From positions 71,934 through 135,933 of the forward strand of contig CAWHOW010000016.1 in NCBI GenBank assembly GCA_963831005.1: 64,000 bases of DNA, given 5' to 3'. A model generated the notes under the pieces. The model saw only the letters and a list, made by a program, of their open reading frames with translations, searched no databases and was not told the DNA's origin. Shown here piece by piece: positions 1 through 10,506 of the stretch (position 1 is its first letter; each line of letters opens with the position of its first letter). The DNA comes from an uncultured Bacteroidota bacterium. GTDB lineage: Bacteria > Bacteroidota > Bacteroidia > Bacteroidales > CG2-30-32-10. A program made the translations under genes and the position numbers.

Positions 1-52
1 TAAATTTCCGTAATACCTGATGAAAATCCTTGCATTAAGCAAATTAATATTG

Positions 53-79
53 TATTTTTGTCCTATTACTTTAATAGGA
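53..79 (+). promoter_or_regulatory. -7 promoter box TATTTTTG (53-60) immediately followed by palindrome TCCTAT-N7-ATAGGA (61-79); probable autoregulatory Rrf2 operator
   Basis: Matches Bacteroidota TAnnTTTG consensus; perfect 6-7-6 inverted repeat 28 bp before the Rrf2 start; related sites at 4907, 10691, 61578. Confidence 0.7.
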
Positions 80-107
80 TAGATAGGATTAACATAAATT
101 ATATTCA

Positions 108-944
108 GTGAAATTTAGTACAAAAACAAGGTATGGTATCAGGGCAATGCTTGAAATTGCATTGCATACCGAAGAAGGCGGAGTTTTCCAAAAAGATATT
201 GCCATTAACCAGGATATATCGATCAAATATCTTGATTATATAATCCATGCTTTGAAAGCAGAAGGATTAATTGCAAATGCCGGAGGGAAAAAAAGCGGAT
301 ATGTGCTTGCAAGAGACGCTTCAGAAATAACCATGTATGATATTCACAATGCTTTTGAATCGGGTATATGCATTGTTGACTGCCTTTCCAGTGACCTTAG
401 CTGCAAAAGAGATAAGAAGTGTGCTGTACGGAAGTTCTGGGTCGGGCTCAATGGCCTTATTATTGATTATTTAAACAATACTACATTGGAAGATTTAGTT
501 AACCAGAATTTTATTAATTATAAAAAAATCATTATCATGAAAAAGACCATTCTACTTGTGGATGATGACAAGGATCTCGTCCGCTCCATCCAGGTAATTC
601 TGGAAAACCAGAATTATACTGTTCTGACAGCCCACAACAAAGCTGAAGGAATGACGAAACTTAAAGAAGGAAAGCCTGATTTATTGGTTCTGGATGTAAT
701 GATGGATACCAATCTTGATGGTTACAACATGCTGCATGAAATAAAGAAAGAGCAGGAATTTAAATCTCTGCCCGTTATCCTGCTCACAGGCATGCTCGAT
801 GAACTGGGCGTAAACCTTGTAGCCGGTGTGGAAGATGAAGAATTATTTCCATTTGTCAGGTTCCAGGACAAACCTGTAGATCCTTTGCAATTATTGGAAA
901 TAATTAAGGAAATGCTGCAGGTTAAAACTGTTGAGGCTAAATAA
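108..944 (+). CDS. Rrf2-family (IscR/CymR-like, 3-Cys) regulator read in frame with a CheY-like receiver domain (receiver likely starts at ATG 537)
   Basis: STKTRYGIRAMLEIA, GGKKSGYVLAR and C-x6-C-x5-C; then ILLVDDD, PDLLVLDVMM, LLTG, DKP receiver motifs. Confidence 0.9.
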   Translation: MKFSTKTRYGIRAMLEIALHTEEGGVFQKDIAINQDISIKYLDYIIHALKAEGLIANAGGKKSGYVLARDASEITMYDIHNAFESGICIVDCLSSDLSCKRDKKCAVRKFWVGLNGLIIDYLNNTTLEDLVNQNFINYKKIIIMKKTILLVDDDKDLVRSIQVILENQNYTVLTAHNKAEGMTKLKEGKPDLLVLDVMMDTNLDGYNMLHEIKKEQEFKSLPVILLTGMLDELGVNLVAGVEDEELFPFVRFQDKPVDPLQLLEIIKEMLQVKTVEAK

Positions 945-1012
945 CTTCAACAGGTAGTATAAAATACAGGGAGGCAAATTAGTTTAATGTTATAGAATAT
1001 TTTGCTCATTTA

Positions 1013-2341
1013 ATGGACGAAAGGCTTCTTCCAAAGCATTTTGGTTTCGCAAAATGGTTGATCAGACTGCGATGGATAGCTATTTTACTTCTTGTTTTCT
1101 CAACATATTTTGTTGTTAATGTATTAAAAATTTCCATCCAGGAAACTCCTGTTTATATTCTATCTTCCATCCTTCTTTTACTCAATTGCATCTATTTACT
1201 CTTAGTAAAATATATTGCAAAAAAAGATACACTGATAGTTATTTCAGCCATCAGGAAAATTCTGCATTTTCAAATTTCAGCCGATCTTGTTATTCTTACA
1301 ATCATTCTTCACTTTTCAGGAGGAATTGAAAATCCTTTTATCATTTATTATATCTTTCACATGATAATTGTCAGTTCAGTGCTTACTCCTATTGAAAGCT
1401 ATATTCAAACTTCATTTGCTTTAATGCTGGTTGCTGCGCTTGCTTTTCTTGAATGTTTTGCAGTAATTCCTCACTTTCCCCTAACAGGATTCATTTCGCA
1501 GGGTTTCTTTCAAAACAAAATTTACATAGCAGGAACAGGATTCGTATTTGTCACTACATCTTATATAGTAGTTGGAATGACAAATTCCATTGTTGCCAAA
1601 TCGCGAAAAAATGAAGACGCATATCTGAAAGCCAACCTGGAACTGGAACAAAAAGACATAGTTAAAAATGAATATGTGCTTAGGGTAACGCATGATATTA
1701 AAGGTCATTTGGGCGCCATACTAAGCTGCATAAAAGTTCTTAAAACAAATATTTTTGGCGGTTTAAATGAAAAACAGGAAGAATTTGTTGGCAGGGCTTA
1801 CGAAAGAACCGATATACTTACCAGCTTTGTAAAGGATCTGCTTAACCTGACCAAGAAGCGACTAGAGAATAATAATAATGAACAGGAAGAATTTTCGGTA
1901 AAGGATTTAATAAATAAGATCGTTTCTGATGCAAAACTAAATGCTGAAGAAAAAGCTATAACTCTTGAAGTCTCTATTGATAACAGTATTGACAAACTAA
2001 AAGGAAATCCCTTTGCTATTGCCGAACTCTTTTCAAATATACTGTTAAATGCCATCAAATACACTCCTGAAAATGGCCAGGTAAAACTTATAGTTAAGAA
2101 TCGTCCCGACCTTATTATTGCAGAGATTTCGGATACAGGTATTGGAATTCCGGAAGAAGAAATTCCTAAAGTGTTTGATGAATTCTTCAGGGCAAGCAAT
2201 GTTAAAAATGATACTAAAGCAGGCTCTGGTTTAGGATTGGCTATTGCCAAACAAATTGTTACCAGCCACAATGGAAGGATATGGGTTGAAAGCAAGCTGG
2301 GTACAGGCACTAAATTTACATTTACTTTATCAAAAGCCTAA
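1013..2341 (+). CDS. Membrane sensor histidine kinase (HisKA + HATPase)
   Basis: Multiple N-terminal TM helices, H-box THDIKGHL, NAIKYT, DTGIGI, GSGLGLAI. Confidence 0.93.
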   Translation: MDERLLPKHFGFAKWLIRLRWIAILLLVFSTYFVVNVLKISIQETPVYILSSILLLLNCIYLLLVKYIAKKDTLIVISAIRKILHFQISADLVILTIILHFSGGIENPFIIYYIFHMIIVSSVLTPIESYIQTSFALMLVAALAFLECFAVIPHFPLTGFISQGFFQNKIYIAGTGFVFVTTSYIVVGMTNSIVAKSRKNEDAYLKANLELEQKDIVKNEYVLRVTHDIKGHLGAILSCIKVLKTNIFGGLNEKQEEFVGRAYERTDILTSFVKDLLNLTKKRLENNNNEQEEFSVKDLINKIVSDAKLNAEEKAITLEVSIDNSIDKLKGNPFAIAELFSNILLNAIKYTPENGQVKLIVKNRPDLIIAEISDTGIGIPEEEIPKVFDEFFRASNVKNDTKAGSGLGLAIAKQIVTSHNGRIWVESKLGTGTKFTFTLSKA

Positions 2342-2406
2342 GCAATAGCAAATAAAACTTCTTCTTTAGCTGTTTTCTTCTTATTTTTTTATACTCTCTT
2401 CATATT

Positions 2407-2640
2407 ATGATTATCATTCTTTTCAGGATGCTTCACATTCCTACGAAATGATTATCATTCTTTTCGGGATGTTTCACATTCCTACGGAATGATTATTATT
2501 CTTGTCAATATGTTTCACATTCTTTCTTGGATGATTACCATTCTTGTCAGGATGCTTCACATTCCCGCGGAATGATTATCATTCCTGCCAGATGATTATT
2601 TTCCTTAAAAGGCCGATTATCATTCTTATTAGGATGTATG
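2407..2640. repeat. Degenerate tandem repeat, unit about 41 bp (two ~21-bp halves), about 5 copies
   Basis: ATGATTATCATTCTTTTCAGGATGCTTCACATTCCTACGAA recurring with substitutions. Confidence 0.85.
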
Positions 2641-2756
2641 TTTTCCTGTTTAGAAAGACAGTCTTTTTAAATGAAATTTAGAGAATTTGGAAGAAGTAGT
2701 CGGTCTGGCTTGACTACAGAAAGGTAAATTAAAATATACAGCTACACTTTCGACAA

Positions 2757-2899
2757 TAGAATTCTTCGGAAAATCATTTTTCTCATCATGGCGAGGAGTC
2801 AGCCACTGCGGACGACGAGGCAATCTTATTCATATAGTTAGATTGCTTCTCCGCCAGCCGGCGGATCGCAATGACGCACCTATTTCCCAAAGAACTCTA
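2757..2899. mobile_element. MITE/REP-like palindromic element
   Basis: GC-rich core TCATGGCGAG...GGCAATCT / AGATTGC...CGCAATGAC flanked by imperfect terminal inverted repeats TAGAATTCTTCGGAAAAT / ATTTCCCAAAGAACTCTA. Confidence 0.6.
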
Positions 2900-2901
2900 A
2901 T

Positions 2902-2934
2902 AAAAAAAACCCGGAAAAATTCTCCGGGCTTTTT
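2902..2934 (-). terminator. Intrinsic terminator (A/T tails on both sides)
   Basis: AAAAAAAA-CCCGGA..TCCGGG-CTTTTT just past the 2956 stop. Confidence 0.8.
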
Positions 2935-2955
2935 AACTACTAACCACTAAACTAT

Positions 2956-3810
2956 TTATTCAACAACTATTTTTTCCAAAGTAGACTCATTATTTATTTT
3001 TAATCTTACAAAATAAATACCTTTTGCATAAGATGAAATATTGAATGTTTTATTCACTTCACCATTCATTCCGTTTTCTGAAATAAGGTCAGCAACTTTT
3101 CTACCGGTAATATCAATTATATCCATATTAACTGAAGAAATCCCTTTCAATGAGAATTTAACATTTAAGTTATCAGAAGAAGGATTAGGGAAAACCGAAA
3201 GATTATAATCCTTAGCAACTGCTTCAGCAATACCAACAGTAATATCAGAGCTAGGGGCATCGAAGTAGTGTAACAATAATCTCCAGATGTACGTACCATC
3301 ATTAATCAGCAGCTAATCCTGATGCATAAAATGTAACAGTGCCACTACCGGTAGCAGGAGCAGTCCATTTAAATGAAAAAGCATGTGAATCCAATGCGAT
3401 GTTTCCTGTTCCAGTTTGTACAACATACGACAAGCCATTGCAGATGATGCCTTAATGATTTTCAACATCAGGTGAAGAGTTAAAAGGGATAGCGTTCCAC
3501 CATTAGTAGTTGCATTTGTCAAAGCTTCGAAATCAAAACCAAATAGTGAATCTCGAGGAGTGCTATGAGAAACAGTAACAGTTACAGTGTATACAGAGTC
3601 GGGGTAATAGCCACCTGCAAGTGTAGGTACTGATGTAATGGCAATTGAGCCAGATCCTGAATTTACAGCAAAATCAGCGTGGCATTGTGTGCAGTCACCT
3701 TCAGAGTATGCACCGGTTTTACCAGCTTCTCCACCTGGCAAAAGAACTTTAAACGACATAGCACAAACCGCAACTATGGCAACTAAAATTAATGTAATTT
3801 TCTTTTTCAT
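2956..3810 (-). CDS. Second copy of the CxxCH + Reeler-like + T9SS CTD protein, broken by several single-base indels (ORFs 3313-3810 and 2956-3276)
   Basis: Near-identical to 3859-4701 (GDCTQCH, FGFDFEAL, PNPSSDNLNVKFSL...GIYFVRL); missing middle (HAFSFKWTAPATGSGTVTFY) is readable in shifted frames at 3260-3480. Confidence 0.8.
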
Positions 3811-3858
3811 TTCTATTTTATTTATGTTAATATTATTTAGTTAAGGATATGAATTTCA

Positions 3859-4701
3859 TTATTCAACAACTATCTTCTGAATAGTTATTTCATTATTAAT
3901 ACTTAATCTTACAAAGTAAATGCCTTTTTCATAAGATGAAATATTGAAAGTTTTATTTACTTCTCCATTCATTCCGTTTTCTGAAATAAGTTCAGCAACT
4001 TTTCTGCCGTTCATATCTATCATATCAATATTAACGGAAGAAATTCCATTTAATGAGAATTTCACATTTAAATTGTCAGATGAAGGATTAGGATAAACAG
4101 AGAAATTAATTTCCTTAGCAAGTACTTCCGAAATCCCAGCAGTATTTTGCATTACAGCCATAGAAGTAGTGTACACCCAGTCACCTGTAGTATTACCATC
4201 ATCATTAGCAGCTAAACCTGAAGTATAGAATGTTACAGTTCCAGTTCCGGTAGCCGGAGCAGTCCAGTAAAAGGAGAATGCATGTGAATTTTTGGTATTG
4301 TTACCTGTTCCTGTATGAACAACATCTGTAATAGCAGTAGATCCGTCAGCTTTCGTTTTCACATCAGTCGAAGGCGTTAACAAAGAAAGTGTTCCTCCGT
4401 TAGTAGTTGCATTTAATAATGCTTCGAAATCAAAACCGAAAAGCGAATCACCTGTCTGAGTCACAGTAACAGTTACTGTATATTTAGTACCAGGTACATA
4501 TCCGCCTGTAAGTGCAGGTACGGCTGTAATAGCAACTGAACCGGTTCCTGTATTTACTGCCCAATCGGAATGGCATTGGGTGCAATCGCCTTCAGAGTAT
4601 GCACCTGTTTTACCAGCTTCACCAGCGGGTATAAAAACTTTAAACGACATAGCGCAAACAGCAACTATGGCAACTAATGCTAATGTAATTTCCTTTTTCA
4701 T
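3859..4701 (-). CDS. T9SS-sorted protein with N-terminal CxxCH heme-c motif and Reeler-like (choice-of-anchor V type) domain
   Basis: Signal peptide, GDCTQCH, FSFYWTAPATGTGTVTFY, C-terminal VYPNPSSD...GIYFVRL...KIVVE. Confidence 0.85.
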   Translation of the reverse strand: MKKEITLALVAIVAVCAMSFKVFIPAGEAGKTGAYSEGDCTQCHSDWAVNTGTGSVAITAVPALTGGYVPGTKYTVTVTVTQTGDSLFGFDFEALLNATTNGGTLSLLTPSTDVKTKADGSTAITDVVHTGTGNNTKNSHAFSFYWTAPATGTGTVTFYTSGLAANDDGNTTGDWVYTTSMAVMQNTAGISEVLAKEINFSVYPNPSSDNLNVKFSLNGISSVNIDMIDMNGRKVAELISENGMNGEVNKTFNISSYEKGIYFVRLSINNEITIQKIVVE

Positions 4702-4790
4702 ACGTTTTTGTTTTAAGTTAATAATTAATTAAGTGATTTATTTTTTATTATTTATTTATTTCCATTTTACTTTTAGCATCTTTCATGCGG

Positions 4791-4857
4791 TAAAAATATT
4801 ACTGCTTATTCCATATGAAATTAATATTGCATTAATGACGCATTAATTTTACATTAA
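4791..4857 (-). promoter_or_regulatory. Four ATTAA direct repeats at 11-bp period (4820, 4831, 4842, 4853) plus variant -7 box (4791-4798)
   Basis: Exact periodicity; same layout at 10507-10574 and 54207-54273. Confidence 0.6.
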
Positions 4858-4885
4858 GGTTATCATTCTTATCATTAAATCGCAC

Positions 4886-4925
4886 CAAAGATACTAATAA
4901 TATTTATACTATCGTATATATAGGA
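4886..4925 (-). promoter_or_regulatory. -7 box TATCTTTG (4886-4893, minus) with palindromic operator TACTAT-N7-ATAGGA (4907-4925)
   Basis: Operator is the exact reverse complement of 10691-10709. Confidence 0.7.
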
Positions 4926-5163
4926 AATATATTCATTTATTTTAACTAAAATTAACAATAGTTTCTTGTTATGAATTTTATAATACAAAACAATACATGT
5001 TCTAATATATTAGATTGCAATTATTTAAATGCTTATTTGCACTTCGAAAACATACTGTTTTATAAAAATTAAACTATTTATCCTAGTTAATAACTTTTTT
5101 CCGTTTTGATGTATTTTTGATAATTTATCGTATTTTTGCATTGAAATCTCTAAATACTAAAAG

Positions 5164-5949
5164 ATGCCCAAACAAGTTCAAAGATTACTTATCGCCTTTG
5201 TGATTTTTGTTGGCTTATTTTTGCTCGCCAGGCATTTTCTGGTGCCTGCAACATTTGGCGATCTTGGTCACTACCGAGCTGACGCCATTAAAGATGCCAA
5301 AGATCATGAAGCAAAATACCTTGATACCATAGCCTGCAGAAGCTGCCATAAAGGAATAGATTCAGTAAAATCAGGAGGTGTCCATCAGGGAATTAACTGC
5401 CAAACCTGTCATGGAGCAGGTTATCTGCATGCTAAAGATCCTAAAAAGAATCCATTGACCAAACCTACCGAGAGAGAGTTCTGTGGTAAATGCCATAATA
5501 TAAATGCTGCAAGACCTTCGTTTATGAAACAGGTTGACATAAGCAAGCATAATACCAAAAGCAAATGCATTGTTTGTCATAACCCTCATAGTCCGGGATT
5601 TAAAGCAGAACTTCCTAAATCATCCACTTCGGCAGATAATTCAGCAAAAAGCAATGGAACTCAAATTGATGATGCAACATGCGGCAAATGCCATAATACT
5701 GAATACACTAAAAAACAATCAGGCGTTCATAAGCATAATAATTGTGTAATGTGCCATGGTGCAGGTGATAAGCATATTACAAATCCTACAGCAAATGTTT
5801 TGGTAAAGCCTAAAGGAAGAGCATTCTGCGCTCAATCCCACGGTACAGGTTCAACTACAAGCGGCATTAAGCAAATTGATCTGAAAGTGCATAATCCTGA
5901 CGGTGACTGCACCGATTGCCATAACCCTCATAGTCCAATGGATTTTTAA
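5164..5949 (+). CDS. Membrane-anchored multiheme cytochrome c (7 CxxCH + 1 degenerate CxxSH), CbcS/NrfB-like position
   Basis: N-terminal TM; CRSCH, CQTCH, CGKCH, CIVCH, CGKCH, CVMCH, CAQSH, CTDCH in two 4-heme repeats. Confidence 0.9.
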   Translation: MPKQVQRLLIAFVIFVGLFLLARHFLVPATFGDLGHYRADAIKDAKDHEAKYLDTIACRSCHKGIDSVKSGGVHQGINCQTCHGAGYLHAKDPKKNPLTKPTEREFCGKCHNINAARPSFMKQVDISKHNTKSKCIVCHNPHSPGFKAELPKSSTSADNSAKSNGTQIDDATCGKCHNTEYTKKQSGVHKHNNCVMCHGAGDKHITNPTANVLVKPKGRAFCAQSHGTGSTTSGIKQIDLKVHNPDGDCTDCHNPHSPMDF

Positions 5950-5976
5950 TACCTTATTAATTTATCTTCTAAAGAA

Positions 5977-6807
5977 ATGGAAACTGAAAATAATAATAAG
6001 AAAAAAAATACAAGAAGGGATTTTCTGCTTGCTTCAACAGCAATAGCAGGAGGCTTATTATCCATGTCCCTTCTTAAACCCCTGAAAGCTTTTTCAGGCG
6101 GTTCAGATGTGAAATCATCTCCTGCTGATACTGCCAAAGGTAATGCAAAGAATGCTGCTGCCGGAACAGCTCCAAACGATCATTGGTACGGATTTTATTT
6201 CGATATAGAAAAATGTATCGGTTGTGGAAGCTGTGCCAAAGCATGCAAAACGGAAAATGATGTTCCATTAGAACCATTCTTTTACAGGACATGGGTGGAA
6301 CAATATACCGTTAAAAATGACCAAACCGTTTTGATCGAATCGCCTAACGGTGGAATTGACGGCTTTAAACAAAGCGTTCCCAAGGAGGATATTTTCAAGG
6401 CTTTTATAGTACCAAAGGCTTGTAATCATTGCGCCAAATCGCCATGCGAACAGGTATGCCCTGTAGGAGCATCCTATCATACACCCGACGGTGTTGTACT
6501 GGTTGATCAGAGTTATTGCATAGGTTGCGGATATTGCGTGCAGGCCTGTCCTTACGGATGCCGTTACATGCATCCCGAAAAGCATGTGGTTGACAAATGC
6601 ACTTTATGTTATCATAGAATTTCTAAAGGAATAGAACCTGCATGTGTGGAAGTATGCCCTACCGGAGCAAGAATGTATGGTGACCTGCATGATAAAAAAG
6701 GACCTCTTGTTGCATTTCTTAAAGACCATAATTGTCATGTGCTTAAGCCCCAGCTTAACACCAAGCCAAAACTATTTTATAACGGATTAAGCGAGGAGGT
6801 AAAGTAA
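5977..6807 (+). CDS. Tat-exported 4x[4Fe-4S] protein, NrfC/PsrB family
   Basis: TRRDFL Tat motif; CIGCGSCAKAC, CNHCAKSPCEQVCP, CIGCGYCVQACP, KCTLC...PACVEVCP. Confidence 0.93.
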   Translation: METENNNKKKNTRRDFLLASTAIAGGLLSMSLLKPLKAFSGGSDVKSSPADTAKGNAKNAAAGTAPNDHWYGFYFDIEKCIGCGSCAKACKTENDVPLEPFFYRTWVEQYTVKNDQTVLIESPNGGIDGFKQSVPKEDIFKAFIVPKACNHCAKSPCEQVCPVGASYHTPDGVVLVDQSYCIGCGYCVQACPYGCRYMHPEKHVVDKCTLCYHRISKGIEPACVEVCPTGARMYGDLHDKKGPLVAFLKDHNCHVLKPQLNTKPKLFYNGLSEEVK

Positions 6808-6808
6808 T

Positions 6809-7996
6809 ATGGAAAATTTTAACAACTTATACGAAGCGCTAAAACATGTAAGCGGGTTTATTTACCCTAACGAAGTAAAACTCCAGTGGTCTGTACTCAT
6901 CGTGCTCTATCCTTATATAACAGGGCTTGTTGCCGGTGCATTCATCCTTGCATCATTAAACAGAGTATTTAATGTAAAGGCCCTCCGCCCTACTTACGAA
7001 TTATCGTTACTTGCTGCATTCTCATTTCTTCTGGTAGCCACCATGCCATTAATAGCGCATCTTGGGCAACCTCAGCGTTTCTATGAGATCATGATGACAC
7101 CGCATTTAACTTCTGCTATGGCTATCTTCGGCTTTGTTTACTTATGGTATCTGATGGCTGTACTCTTACTAGAGATTTATTTTGATTACAGGCAAGACCT
7201 TTACCTGTGGTCGAACCAAAAGAAAGGATTATTAAGATGGATATACAGGTTCCTTACATTGGGCGTTTACGACGTTTCACCAAAAGCATTGAAATGGGAT
7301 GAAAAGCTTGGTTATATTATTACAGTGGTTGGTATTCCTTCCGCTTTCCTCCTGCATGGTTATGTAGGTTTCATCTTCGGCTCTGTTAAAGCTAATCCTT
7401 GGTGGTCGTCGGTAATGATGCCTGTGATATTCCTGTTCTCCGCTATGGTTTCAGGCATTGCACTTGTATTGTTCCTGTATTTTGCAGTGAATATCATCCG
7501 CAAACAGAAACTTGATCTGGCTTGCTTGGATGCTATGGGCAAGTATCTTTTCTACATTCTTATTTTAGATTTCACGCTCGAGTCGCTCGACCAGATACAC
7601 CGCGTTTATGTGGCTGAAGAATCATTTGATATTATTTCGATATTAATGACAAAATTATTCTGGACACTTTCCATCATGCAGGTATTGCTGGGCACACTGA
7701 TACCATTGGTCACTCTTTTTATCTTCCAGCTTAAGAAGCCAAAGGAAGTGATAAGAAAAGTAAGTTATTTTATTATTAGCCTTCTGATTTTGGTTGGCAT
7801 ATTCTTTATGCGCTGGAACGTGGTTATCGGCGGACAGTTATTCTCTAAATCATTTGCGGGATTCACTACCTATAAAGGCGAATTCTTCGGCAGCGAAGGT
7901 TTCTTTGAGGCATTGGTTCTGATGATACTACCATTTGGCATTTTTGCTTTTATGCTGTGGTTCTTACCTCCATGGAAGAAGCAACACCAGTTGTAA
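6809..7996 (+). CDS. NrfD/PsrC-family quinol-interacting membrane subunit
   Basis: YPYITGLVAGAF, HLGQPQR, LHGYVGFIFG...NPWW, MRWNVVIGGQ; about 10 TM; follows NrfC-like gene. Confidence 0.92.
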   Translation: MENFNNLYEALKHVSGFIYPNEVKLQWSVLIVLYPYITGLVAGAFILASLNRVFNVKALRPTYELSLLAAFSFLLVATMPLIAHLGQPQRFYEIMMTPHLTSAMAIFGFVYLWYLMAVLLLEIYFDYRQDLYLWSNQKKGLLRWIYRFLTLGVYDVSPKALKWDEKLGYIITVVGIPSAFLLHGYVGFIFGSVKANPWWSSVMMPVIFLFSAMVSGIALVLFLYFAVNIIRKQKLDLACLDAMGKYLFYILILDFTLESLDQIHRVYVAEESFDIISILMTKLFWTLSIMQVLLGTLIPLVTLFIFQLKKPKEVIRKVSYFIISLLILVGIFFMRWNVVIGGQLFSKSFAGFTTYKGEFFGSEGFFEALVLMILPFGIFAFMLWFLPPWKKQHQL

Positions 7997-8082
7997 GATA
8001 TTTTACTCGAAGATAATTGAATTTGTTTTTAATAGCGTTGTTATGCTATGGAACTATGCGTTTCGAAGAATGACAAACGTTT

Positions 8083-8232
8083 GTCAGCCCTCGATACTTT
8101 CGCATCCTACGACAAGCTCAGGATGGCGAAAACTTGAACTGACAATTGTTACATCGAGTAGCGAAGCATATCGAGATGTGGCTTGTGTTAGTCCCACTTC
8201 GAGACGAGGCTAGTGCCTCTCCTCAGTGTGAC
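8083..8232. repeat. REP-like palindromic intergenic element
   Basis: Nested hairpins CGACAAGCTCAGGATG, CATCGAG..ATCGAGATG, CTTCGAGAC..CTCAGTGTGAC. Confidence 0.6.
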
Positions 8233-8299
8233 TACTATTTGAAATGTGAACAAATTGGTTTAATGCAAATATTATTTTAAGCAATTCCTTAACAGTACT

Positions 8300-9942
8300 A
8301 TGCTTCAGGACGAGAACAAAACTGACCTTGAAAACATCTTATCAAAGTTAAATTCTCTCGAAAGCCGGATGATCCGCATCGAAGAAGAACTTGGTATTGA
8401 TTCAAGTATTTCCTCGTCCGCTGCATCTGAAAAGGTCGGCATTGATGGCATAAATCAAGACTCCGCAAAAGAAGAGAATGGTTTTGAATCGCGCATCGGC
8501 GGTTACGGTCTTGCACTCCTTGGCAATATTGTTTTTCTTTTCGGACTGATATTCTTTTCCAATTACATCCAGGGTTCAGGCTATCCTGCATTATCCGGCA
8601 TCTTCGGATATGCCTGCGTGGCAGGCATATTTATCCTTGCCCATTTTGCTAAAAAGCGTATCCACTATCTTTCCGTTATGTTCGAAATGGTTGGGTTCAT
8701 CATGGTATATTATGCTACTATGAGGCTGCATTTCTTTTCCGCTCAGCCGCTCATAAGCGACATTTATTTTTCCAGTTTGCTGCTTCTTATAGTGCTGGTT
8801 TCACTGTTTTATTACACTGTCCGCAAGCGTTCGGAACTGTTTGCTGTCACTGTATCAGTACTTATAATAGTGTCGGGAGTGATAAGCGATTCCTCTGACA
8901 TGATGCTTGACTCGGCTGTGCTTGCTTCAGCAGCCTCGTGTATTTCTTTTTCAAATATAACTGGAAAAGCTCTTTGCTGTCGTCCATCTTTATGGTGTAC
9001 CTCGCTTTTGTAATATGGTTCATGAAAAACCAGCAGGCAATAGCAGCAAAGACAGATGTTATCCATAACAACTACAGCTATATATATCTTTTTGCCTGCG
9101 CCGTTATTTTTTCTCTTACCTGCCTTGTCCGCGCAAGGGAGAAGCTTACAACTGTTTACCTGATGACGGCCGCATTGTTTAACGGCATCATGTTCTCCTG
9201 CTTGCTGCTGCTATATACACCTGCCTTATACGCCGATATTTTCACCACGCTCTTTATTGTCATTTCCATATTCTGCATGATATATTCCATCCTGTTGAAA
9301 TCCTATTCTGCATGGAAATTTGCAAAAGCCTTTTATGCCATGTATGGTTTTGTGGCTATCAGCATTTCCGTTTACGGCATCTTCAAGTTTCCTTATACTT
9401 ACCTGTTGCTTACCCTGCAAAGCCTGTACGTGATAAGCATTGCCCTCTGGTTTCGCTCCAAGCTGATGATATCTATGAACACTTTTCTTTTCCTGGCTTT
9501 GCTTATAGTGTATTTTATCAGCGGCGACATAAGGGATTCCATAGATTTCTCTTTTGCCGCCACTGCCTTCATTTCGGCTGCGGTTATTGACTGGCGCAAA
9601 AAATATCTTGAAATAGAAGCCGACCTGATGCGCAATGTTTACCTGGCTACGGCTTTTTGCTCCACCCTGTTTGCATTATACAAATCCCTTCCGGCACAAT
9701 TCATCACCTTGTCGTGGACAGTACTGGCGATAGGATATTTTGTTTACAGCATCATTTTTAAAAACGTGCGCTATCGCTGGATGGCTATTATCACCATGAT
9801 TGCTGCCGCTTTTTATTTATTCCTTTTCGACCTTTCACGCATTTCACTTGTGTACAGGATAATTGCATTCCTTTTCCTTGCCATCATTTCTATCAGCATC
9901 TCGCTTTATTACAACAAGCCAAAGAAAGACGTTGAAGAATAA
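8300..9942 (+). CDS. Polytopic membrane protein (DUF2339-like), frameshifted near 8935 (ORFs 8300-9013 + 8938-9942)
   Basis: Coiled N-terminus, FESRIGGYGLALLG, many TM helices, C-terminal YLFLFDLSRISLVYRIIAFL; the two ORFs overlap and continue one hydrophobic pattern. Confidence 0.7.
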
Positions 9943-10029
9943 TTCCAATTTCTGAATTTAGAAGCCAAAAGTGAAATTAAGTATACCCTTTTAACACAAA
10001 GGAAATAAGTGCAATCCGTGAAAACGATA

Positions 10030-10485
10030 TTAATATTTATAACAATATAATGGTGTAACTGTAAAACCAGAAGGCGCGGTACTTTTGCCAACAGGTATTA
10101 CATTTATAGTTTCACTGTAAGCAATTTCATTTGAATTGTTGTAGCACAATAGTCTATAATACAGATTTGCCACTATCGGCGATTCATCAGTAAAGTAATA
10201 AGCAATATCATTTCTTGAAGCAGTACCATAACATTTAATGTAACCTATCACTTCAAATTGCGCTGCATCTAGTGATCGCTCTACTGCCAACGTTCTGGTT
10301 TCAGTATTGTTGTTCACGGTGATATGCAAATAAACTTTACCATTCAGATATTTGCTGTCAAATGCCTTAATATGGCTAAGTTTTTGTTCGTTCGAATTTA
10401 CAGTACTCAACATTAATGACTGTGAATTAAGCTGTAAAGAAGCATTCAACAATAGAAGTATGAATGTATATATTGTTAGTCTCAT
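10030..10485 (-). CDS. Secreted hypothetical protein, single Ig-like module of the type that usually precedes T9SS CTDs
   Basis: Signal peptide; AVERSLDAAQFEVIG, YYFTDESP, LYYRL, YSETI. Confidence 0.7.
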   Translation of the reverse strand: MRLTIYTFILLLLNASLQLNSQSLMLSTVNSNEQKLSHIKAFDSKYLNGKVYLHITVNNNTETRTLAVERSLDAAQFEVIGYIKCYGTASRNDIAYYFTDESPIVANLYYRLLCYNNSNEIAYSETINVIPVGKSTAPSGFTVTPLYCYKY

Positions 10486-10506
10486 GAATTTTATTATTTG
10501 TTAATG

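Noticed and set aside
2956-4701. Diversity-generating retroelement TR/VR pair from duplicated 3' ends
   Set aside because: Whole-gene paralogy, differences not adenine-specific, no reverse transcriptase in window
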